A stretch of 64,000 nt of DNA from Octopus sinensis (Eukaryota), in the NCBI RefSeq assembly GCF_006345805.1, contig NC_043016.1:21142001-21206000 (forward strand). Reading direction: 5' to 3'. Every line of letters begins with the position of its first letter. Position 1 is the first letter of the stretch. The notes below the pieces were generated by a model. The model ran no database searches, was not told where the DNA came from, and was given only the letters and a program-made list of their open reading frames with translations. The translations under genes were made by a program, and so were the position numbers. Positions 55,212 through 64,000 of the stretch are shown piece after piece.

Positions 55212-55318
55212 TCATGCATAGAAATTGGTCTTATTTTTCACCTCAGTATCAGTTATTTTAGTAACCATAGCTGAACAACGACCCTGACGCCTGGATCTTG
55301 AAAGTATAGATGGTCTGT
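55212..55318 (-). CDS. DIAPH: Candidate alternative terminal exon of the formin (DRPSILSRSRRQGRCSAMVTKITDTEVKNKTNFYA*)
   Basis: ttttccccactgatag acceptor; open in phase 1 to TGA; locally GC-richer; SRSRR basic motif. Confidence 0.45.
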
Positions 55319-56273
55319 CTATCAGTGGGGAAAATTGCAAATAGATAAAACATATATAGTCAAATGAATAAATAAAAAAATGTCATAAAAGGAAGCAAAA
55401 ATTTGAAAATATAAAGTACCATCTCACCAAGGATTTTAGAAAAAAAGACATTCATAAATGAATTATTTTTTTTAATTTAAGGAGTATATGAAGTTTCAAC
55501 CAGGATGAAGTTTAAAATGACCAATACACTTAGCAGCTCATAAAAGATAGTTCTATACCAATGCATCAACATCTTATTCAGTACTTAGGATAATCCAAAA
55601 AACTATTAAAAACATATATTAGAGATATACTCATCTAAAGAGATAAACAGTTTAAATGTCATACACTCTGGTTACCATTAAGTTTTTTAAGGTGCACCAT
55701 CATTATGCAGTTAATATGCTGCATGACTGAGCATTAGGTTATGAATTCAAATCTGACTGCATAGACATTGTTATAAGTCTTTGATCAACTCACATAACTA
55801 TGCCCGACTCAGTCTAATAAGTTTCTGGCATAAATAAAGATTAACAATAAGAAGGACACCTATCCAAAGAAACAATTAGTCATCATGTAACATTATGTCA
55901 CTTCAGACAAAATGAACCTAAAATAATGGTTAAAAAAAGGCAATTATGTACAAGTTCCAGTTTAATATTGTCTCTTCCTCTTTTAACAAAATAGACATTA
56001 TGTTAAGCTAGTGTCCAGAGGGAAAAAAATCTATTTTTCTATTCCAAGTGCAACGAAACCATTGCAATGAGACAAATAGAGTATTATAATTTACTAAAGG
56101 CTTAAACAACATTTTTTGAGGCCTTACAAATCATGTAGGATTTTGAGTGAATATATTCCTTATTATTTCTTTTTTATGAGTACACATAATTCCTTAACAT
56201 TACTCTCTGTTTTACAATCATACAACAAAAATCTACAATATAACCATAGGTACAAGAAATGGAAACAAATTAC

Positions 56274-56387
56274 CTCCTGGGCGTGGAGCTCGTCGTTTTC
56301 CTTCTCGCTTTTCTCGGTTCATATTAAAAGCTGAACCACTCGTTAGTGCCTCCAAGAGATTGTCAACAACTCCATGATTTGGTTCAT
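56274..56387 (-). CDS. DIAPH: Diaphanous DAD exon (DEPNHGVVDNLLEALTSGSAFNMNREKREGKRRAPRPG)
   Basis: DAD consensus G-V-x-D-x-LLEAL-x-SG-x-AF plus basic patch; AG/GT bounded, phase 1-1. Confidence 0.92.
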
Positions 56388-57072
56388 CTGAAGGAAATAT
56401 ATAGACATTTTGCAACAATTTGTTCAGAATATTTTATAAGGAATTTGGGATGTTTAAATTGATTACTTCCATCCTGACTTATAGCGTCTTGTGGTTATAA
56501 AACTTATGAAAAATTTAAAAAGTATAAGTAATTAAACTTAAGAGTTTTTGCCTTGAGGATAATTTCAAAACACTTCTAGGATTTTGAGTCTATCAGTACT
56601 TTCTAATGTACAAGAATGATGTGAATACCAACAAAATTTGCATGATTAATCTGGACCTACCTTACCCAGAGTATGGCTTTAGATAAAAATCATGCTATAG
56701 ACTAGACAGGTACAAATTTGTTTGTTTTTAGCTTGGTTCATGGACATATTCTGCTCAATTTGCAGTTGAGAAGTTGGCATAGGAGGAGGAGTGAATCCAA
56801 ATTCAAAATTCACTGCTCCATTTGGCATAAATATTCTCTCTTATAAATCAAAACAAAAAAATTGTTTTAAATTGACAGAACTATGGCAATATAAAGGGCA
56901 TGAAATATAAATCAGTTTGTATTTAAAAGTCACTTGATTTAAAATGCGTAAAAAATCATAATTACCCTTATGGTATTGATGATGATAATCTATTCTGGTA
57001 GTATGATTAAAAACAGTGTTTACATAATTTAAACCTGACTGGGAACAGTAAAAATCAATTTACCAAACAAAC

Positions 57073-57208
57073 CTGCATTAACATCCATAAACTGCTTTTG
57101 CCGCTGCAACTTTTCTTTTCGTTCTCGTTCTCGGGCTTCTTTAGCCTCTTTTGCTCGTGCTATGTTTGCAAGTGTTTCTTTTTGTTGCTTGTTTTCCTTC
57201 AAAGCTTG
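57073..57208 (-). CDS. DIAPH: Diaphanous post-FH2 exon (QALKENKQQKE...QKQFMDVNA)
   Basis: cag acceptor and G|gtttgt donor; a second same-phase donor lies 9 nt further, at 57063. Charged helix preceding the DAD. Confidence 0.85.
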
Positions 57209-58431
57209 CTGTAAGTTAGGAAATTTAAAATGGGTGGATGGAGAACAAAAAGAGCAATGAAAGATTAAATATAGTCTGTCAGAAACTGAAAATGATGACA
57301 TTTAACACAACCAAAACATATGCTTACTTTCTGTCTCCTTTGCATATAAAATTACAGTTGTCAATGATCAGACACGAAACGTTATATAATTTAAATATTA
57401 ATCTCATTCTAAAATAGAAATATCAACTATAAGGAACTTTTTGTAAAAAGGAGCAAAAATAACAATATAAATCTATTACATGTAAATGGTTTCAACTGCC
57501 AAACATTTTCTTATGAAAGTATTCCTAATTAACAGGTGTTCAGCCTTACTGACTTAAGGAACTGGGAAAAAAATTTAAACAAGCAGAGGCATGGTTTACT
57601 GGGAGCTTATCATCTAGGTCTTGGAAAGTTTTCTGAAAATAGTCAGGCATTCTATCCAAGGATAAGATTGTTCTCTCATCTGTTTCACATTATGAAATAA
57701 GCTGGGTAACCACCATACAAAGCCACCAAAAGATTAAAAGCATTGTTCACTCTAAGTTATGTGCACATATGTTCTGCAACTGGCACACAAAAGAAATTTA
57801 TGCATGAAGAAAACATAGTTGCCAAAAATAATGTAGTAATTAACAATTCAGTGGATACACACTTTTGCACACACTGTTTACTAAAAGTCTGAGGGAACAT
57901 GATTTACTACTTATACTGTCATACTCCTACAATGAAGAGGTGCTCTCAAACAAAATGTTACACTTTGATATTCTACCACATTCAAGAGAAAGTTATCTAT
58001 CTATTCTATCTTTTCCTTTTCTATACAAAACTCTTCAGGACTTCTATTTTACCATACCATTTATATCTATCTGTCCATGTTCATGCCACTTGATTGCAAA
58101 TGTAACAAATCCATCAATTAAATAACTACTATGAAGAAAAGTTTTCTTCCTTCCCCAAAATTTTGTTGCAATGTACTTCAAACTTTATATGCACCAAATC
58201 AATGTTATACTTCTCAACACAATGATCGGAACGCCTCTTGATAAGGTGTCATCATTTCTTAAACATAAGAAATGGCACACACCAAGAGATTACTTCACAA
58301 AATGGGGATGATAAAAAATTCCTTTTAACAAGTTTTCATATTGTAAAAGAAAAAAAAACTTTGATTTTGTCTGTGCATTATTGTGAAGAATGTGGTTCAA
58401 GTGAATCAAACACTCAGAGACTTTCTCTTTC

Positions 58432-58819
58432 TCTTTTTCTTGTTTCAGTCATTTAACTGCGGCCATGCTGGAGCACCGCCTTTAGTCGAGCAACTCGACC
58501 CCGGGACTTATTCTTTGTAAGCCCAGTACTTATTCTATCGGTCTCTTTTTGCCGAACCGCTAAGTGACGGGGACATAAACACACCAGCGTCAGTTGTCAA
58601 ACAATGCTAGGGGGACAAACACAGACACACACATATATATATATATACATATATACGACAGGCTTCTTTCAGTTTCCATCTACCAAATCCACTCACAAGG
58701 CATTGGTTGGCCCGGGGCTATAGCAGAAGACACTTGCCCAAGATGCCACGCAGTGGGACTGAACCCGGAACCATGTGGTTGGTTAGCAAGCTACTTACCA
58801 CACAGCCACTCCTGCGCCT
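58432..58819 (-). mobile_element. tRNA-derived SINE family A, young copy
   Basis: Near-identical to 17896-18315. Confidence 0.85.
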
Positions 58820-59108
58820 TAATCCAATTTTCTTAATATTTTTTTTTATAAGCTGTTTACTGTCATTGCAAAGAAGTGAACATATTAAATGGACTAGTTT
58901 CTCCAGTGTATAATAAAATTTATAATGTTTTTAGTGGCAGTGTAGGTTAGAATTGTGAGGGTATTTAGCTGAATTAGAAATGATTACAACCAGTAATCCA
59001 AGCCATCCTACAAACTTTTTAAAATAAATGTTATGATTGATCATAAAAATGCAATTCCTTTAAAATATTTTCAAAAGCAGTTTTTAAAAAATGAAAAATA
59101 TAACATAC

Positions 59109-59273
59109 ATCAAAGCTACTTTGAAATTCCTTTACGTCATGAAAAAATTCTTCAGATGCATATTTTTTTCTATCAAAAGAAAAATAATTTGCAAGTTCTG
59201 TGTATTTCATATCCATCTGTTTATACATAGTGTTCAACACATCATACTGAGTTTTGGCTTCGTCCAGGAACGG
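59109..59273 (-). CDS. DIAPH: Diaphanous FH2 exon (PFLDEAKTQY...YFSFDRKKYASEEFFHDVKEFQSSFD)
   Basis: YFxFD.KK...EEFF end-of-FH2 motif; gtatgt donor; 165 nt. Confidence 0.9.
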
Positions 59274-60182
59274 GTAAAAACTATGCTAAGGAATAATATA
59301 TTTAGTACACAAATAAAAATAATTGTTGTATCATACATAAAAAAGTAAATATTTTTAAACACTGGCAAGTTTATTACAAACAGAATTAATAAGTAGGAGA
59401 AATGTTAGGAGAGTGACACGCAATACCCAACAGAGCTTAACTCTTAACATCTTGTTGAAAATATTTTCTAAACCACAAAAGCTCAATCCTATAATGAGTA
59501 CAAAATACCTAAAAATGGATTTGTTTATTTAATTGCTTTCTATAGTGTGTTCACTTGTGGTGTATTAAAGGTTTGATAAAAAAAAAAAAACTTTCAATAA
59601 AAAATTCACCAACACAAAGGACAATTTTAATAATACATGATACAAAATGGAAATAAATTTGAGAGAAAAGGATTAATACAGTCCTGTATTTAAGAGATGA
59701 GGAATTATGTACATTATTTACATTTGACGGATATTTGTCCTCATCTTTGTTAACACAATGTTTTGGCTGATATACCCTCCAGCCTTCATCAGGCGTCTTG
59801 GGGGAAATTTTGAACCTGGGTTCTCATTCCTAAGTTATTTTTCGATGTTATTATTATTATTATTCAGGTCACTGCCTGGAATTGAACTCGGAATCTTGGG
59901 GTTAGTAGCCCGTGCTCTTAACCACTACGCCATATGGAGTGAATTTTAGTGCTTATAAATCTAATGTTATACCGGTTCCCATATGCTACTTAAGTATAAA
60001 TCTTACTGATTTTGAATTGGCACAAAACTTCATGAAGCAAACTCTCAGCTACTGTTTTATAAAAAAAACAAAAAAACAGTATCTTCTATGACATGCCTTG
60101 AGCACTCCATTTTCATTCGTCTAACATTGATGACATATATACGTATAATTCACCACATAAACATTTACTTTTCAAAGGATAT
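59274..60182 (-). other. U12-type (minor spliceosome) AT-AC intron
   Basis: 5' ATATCCTTT (60182-60174), branch site TTCCTTAGC (59293-59285) and 3' TTTTTAC. Removal keeps the frame: KFVEKLE|PFLDEAK. Confidence 0.85.
59680..59965 (-). mobile_element. tRNA-headed short element carrying a degenerate hammerhead motif
   Basis: Box A TGGCGTAGTGG and box B GAGTTCAATTCC, then (AAT)n, then GACGC-CTGATGA-A-GGCTG..CAGCC-AAAAC-ATT-GTGTT (59797-59752). Confidence 0.6.
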
Positions 60183-60307
60183 TTCAAGTTTTTCTACAAA
60201 TTTATCTCCTTGAAGCTTTGAATTAGCAGCATTTTTTAAATCTAATTCCAGTTGGTTCAAATTCTTTTTAAAGCCTTTCAAGTTCTTTTGTAATTGATCA
60301 TCAGAAG
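60183..60307 (-). CDS. DIAPH: Diaphanous FH2 exon (SSDDQLQKNLK...GDKFVEKLE)
   Basis: In frame with the previous exon; DKFVEK motif; followed by the U12 donor ATATCCTTT. Confidence 0.88.
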
Positions 60308-60828
60308 CTAAACAAAAAGAAAACATCAATCACAGTAGTAAATGATTCGAAAAAATAGACAGTATTGAATGCATTTTCTGTAAACATAAATTCTATCTCA
60401 TACAAACTGTGTATTCAAATATCCTATCCTTTTTTAATATTAATTTACATTATTATTAAACAGAAGGGCTGTAGGTTTATACAGGAGGGGAAATATAATG
60501 TAGTAGATTATGTTTACCTTAAAAACATCAACAACAGCAAACAGAAAAACTAAAGAGAATCATACTCAGTTTGTTAAGAGCTAAAATCTTGTACTAGTGT
60601 TTCTTAAAATATTCCTATTTAACATTCATAGCACATTCCATCAAATTCTAAAAACATGCTTTAGTTTACATTTGTAAATACACAACTTGTATAAGTTGAA
60701 TGTCTGACTAATAAAATATAAAATTAATGCACACCTAATAGCAAATGAAATGTGAATTATAATGCAATATCAATTATGCTAACATGGAAAGAGAACGTAA
60801 TATGATGATGATGATGATGATGATGATA

Positions 60829-61041
60829 CAAGGGGGTACTGAAAAGTTCCTGGCTTTGGGCAAAAGAAAATACTGGAGGATCAGCTAATTATGATTTTAT
60901 TTAACATATTTCCTTCTCAGATTCACACACTTATTACAGAGGTCCTTCAGTTTTTCTAAGTCTTGTAAAGGAACTCAGAAGGTTGGGCCTCCAACCAGGC
61001 CTTTCGTGACACCCTCAAAGCCAGGAACTTTTCAGCATTCC
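60829..61041. mobile_element. Mariner-like MITE
   Basis: Inverted termini CTGAAAAGTTCCTGGCTTTG / CAAAGCCAGGAACTTTTCAG following a TA. Confidence 0.7.
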
Positions 61042-61193
61042 ATTATCTTGCACACATAATGAAATCAATAAATGTGCTAATTGCTGAATAATAACTATGT
61101 GAAAAGTAATATTAAGGAATGCTTCTTAATTTAAATTTCAAGCAACTTTATAGTTTTGTTTGTTAAAAGAAGTTTAATCACTGTCATATTTAC

Positions 61194-61323
61194 ATTTCGA
61201 TGCCTTCTCTATATAAGTGAGATCATCTCCGAACTTTTCTAATTCTGGATAATCATCTTGTACAATTTGTGCAATAAAATGTAATAATGTCATGGATCCA
61301 TCTTGTGTTTTAGTATCTTTCAA
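61194..61323 (-). CDS. DIAPH: Diaphanous FH2 exon (LKDTKTQDGSMTLLHFIAQ...IEKASK)
   Basis: LxDTK...TLLHF FH2 motif; AG/GT bounded; 130 nt, phase 0-1. Confidence 0.92.
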
Positions 61324-62737
61324 CTGTTGAAAAGGAAAAGATTAAGGTTAGAGAACTAATATAAAATTTTAAAAGAATTCACTTGATAATTAATGCATAT
61401 ATATAATAACTTCCCTTTTAAAAGATAAGTTAATATTTGTTTAATATCATCATGTCTCTGCTTTAAATGATATACCAAATTTTTGTGATGATTATGATGT
61501 AGCTGAAATGTCTTGTGTTTTTGCATACCATATGTTCATGCAGATTTTGCACGGGCACACACAATAGGCAATAAGTACAAAGAAGGAAAGTATAGTGCGT
61601 TACTGTAATTTTTATCTTTATCACTACAAGTTTCTCAGATTAAAAAAAAAAATGTCAAAATTGATCTGCTGTCATTTAACTTTTTCTCTTTCTCCTTTCA
61701 CTCACAGAGATTTAGTTTTCAAGCCTTAAAGTATATACAAACTCTATTTGTAAAAAGCTCTCTTACTCTCTTTCTAGAGAAAAATGGCTGTGATCAGATC
61801 TAGAGAGGGATATGTTTTGACAAGCTTAGATGCCCAAGACACACTGCTTGTTACATCATCAGAATTTGAGGATCAAACAAAAATTTTGATGGAATTTATT
61901 CTGAGAAGATTGCTTATGCTATGATAGAATAAAACAATGACCCATTTCACTCATCAATGATTTTTTTTTCATTGAAATGAGTGAATTAACCAGGCATACC
62001 TGAAAAAATTTAAGCTGTAATGGTTGTAATAAGTACTGATAGCACTATTCGTGGTAAGACAATAAACAGAATTTCTAACAACAAAAAGAAATTTAAAGAA
62101 TTTAGGCTTTGGTAAGCAACAACTTTGGTATGTAAAAGAGAGATAAGATAGGTGGAAAACAGGATTATAAAATTATTATATGACCAATATAACAAACTAT
62201 CATGAGGTTGTACTCAAATGAGATATGATAGTAATATTAGAATGTGTTAGTGAATTAGAAATAAGATCTAGAAAAAATAGATATAATTCAAAATTAAAAA
62301 GGAGAAATAAGTTATTCTAGTTGAGATGCTTTATATATAATACTTTAATATCTTTCATCTTTTACTTGTTTCAGTCATTAGATTGTGGTCATGCTGGGGC
62401 ACCACTTGAAGAATTTTAGTTGAGACCCCTGTACTTATTGTTATTTTAAGTCTGGTACTTATCCTATCAGCCTCTTTCGCTGAACTAAGTTACGGGGACA
62501 TAGACACAAAGACACACACGACAGGCTTTTTTCAGTTTCTATCTACCAAATTCACTTACATAGCTTTGGTCAGCCTGAGGCTATAGTAGAAGACACTTGC
62601 CTCAGGTGTTACACAGTGGGACTGAACCTGGAACCAGGTGGCTGGGAAGTAAACTTCTTACCACACAACCAATATGAATATCATATAAATTTTTTTGATA
62701 AAAAAAAGTAAAAAAGGATAATCCAGTTTTTACATAC

Positions 62738-62890
62738 CTTATTGAGGTAAGATATTTCAAAACCTATTGATTCAGCATTTCTCGACCCAGTATTCATATA
62801 ATTGCCAATACTTAATATCAATGTCATTATACTGGAAAACTTTGCACTGCTTCTAACTTGGTCAAATGCTTGTGTTGTGGCTACAATACT
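62738..62890 (-). CDS. DIAPH: Diaphanous formin FH2 exon (SIVATTQ...LSIGNYMNTGSRNAESIGFEISYLNK)
   Basis: Contains the GNYMN FH2 signature; cag acceptor and gtatgt donor; 153 nt. Confidence 0.92.
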
Positions 62891-63071
62891 CTGATGGAAG
62901 ACATCAATACAAATAATTAATTACAAAAACAATTATGTGCAATAAAATGGAAATATACGAACTTTGGATGACTCATGTGGAAGAAGAGTGATTTAAAAAA
63001 AATTACATAACTAAAAGGAAATATTTAGTTTCATTGCATTCAACCTTCCTAATGCCAATGGTATGATAAAA

Positions 63072-63302
63072 AGCGGCGAGCTGGCAGAAACGCTAGCACG
63101 CCGGACGAAATGCTTAGCGGTATTTTGTCTGCCGTTACATTCTGAGTTCAAATTCCACCGAGGTCGACTTTGCCTTTCATCCTTTCGGGGTCGATAAATT
63201 AAGTACCAGTTACGCACTGGGGTCGATATAATCGACTTAATCTGTTTGTCTGTCCTTGTTTATCCTCTCTATGTTTAGGCCCTTGTGGGTAGTAAAGAAA
63301 TA
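63072..63302 (+). mobile_element. SINE family B with target-site duplication (other copies ~10051-10262, 38833-39030, 39815-40000, 590-740)
   Basis: GGCGAGCTGGCAGAA..GAGTTCAAATTCC..GCCTTTCATCCTTTCGGGGTCGATAAA; flanked by a GGTATGATAAAA direct repeat (63060-63071 and 63303-63314). Confidence 0.85.
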
Positions 63303-64000
63303 GGTATGATAAAATGCATCAAAATGATACTGTTAAATGGTTGGTAGTAGAAAGGCATTCAACCATAAAGGTATACCAAATGAAAACATAAAAAACAGAT
63401 ACATGTGGTTTCTTTGGTTGAAGGTCTGCAATAAGTGGCAAGATGATATGGCATCCATTCAAACCATGCAAGCAAGGAGAAATGAACATAGAATAATGAG
63501 GATGATATACATAGGTAGAAGTGTGTTTGATTTTTACAAATGGAATAAATAAAAGTACTATACAAAAGTACTATGAAGCAGAAAACTGATAACAGAGTAG
63601 CTACTGAAGTATTTGAGTAACTAAGCCGTGTTTAAGATTTCTTCTTTAAAGATAAAATATAATTGTTTGATTGTTTCAGATCTATTTTTCCATAGTAACA
63701 TGGGTTAGATGGGATGTATTTCATGCAAGATTTTATAGCTGGATACCCTTCCTGTTGCTAATTTACATCCGCTTAACAACTGAAGTAACTTTTATTCTAC
63801 AAGTCTTTGAGCAGCCATTTGTCAGTAAGGAATATAAATGTCATATTACCATTAACACAAGCAAAGCTGTGAGAAGTCAATATTCCACACATTTTGTTTT
63901 GCAAATGAGAGAAAGAGTACTTAATACATGTTGTATTCTGTGTGTGTATGTGCGTGCGTACGTACGTACATACATACATACATATATGTATTAGATAATG

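Noticed and set aside
59870-59932. Functional tRNA gene
   Set aside because: The acceptor stem is incomplete, it has no T-run terminator and it is embedded in a repeat; treated as a SINE-like head.

Overview
AT-rich, repeat-dense eukaryotic DNA. The SINE/LINE repertoire and microsatellite load suggest an octopus or other cephalopod; this is an inference, not a database result. Two intron-rich genes converge. The + strand carries the 3' end of an RRBP1/kinectin-like coiled-coil gene (exons from 1 to 9854, ending GTSV*). The - strand carries the 3' half of a Diaphanous-related formin (FH2 and DAD exons from 62890 down to 44182). The introns and the ~34 kb between the genes hold RTE and CR1 LINE pieces, several Penelope-like elements (RT + GIY-YIG), tRNA-derived SINEs, Tc1/mariner and hAT MITEs, microsatellites and one 100-N gap. 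Three features stand out. (1) The formin has a U12 AT-AC intron that also contains an in-frame nested GT-AG pair, a twintron-like layout. (2) There are at least seven hammerhead-ribozyme motifs of several families, including a ~620-bp near-perfect palindrome with a ribozyme in each arm and a tRNA-headed hammerhead element inside the U12 intron. (3) Both genes have candidate alternative last exons. Most ORFs in the supplied track are microsatellite noise or antisense shadows.
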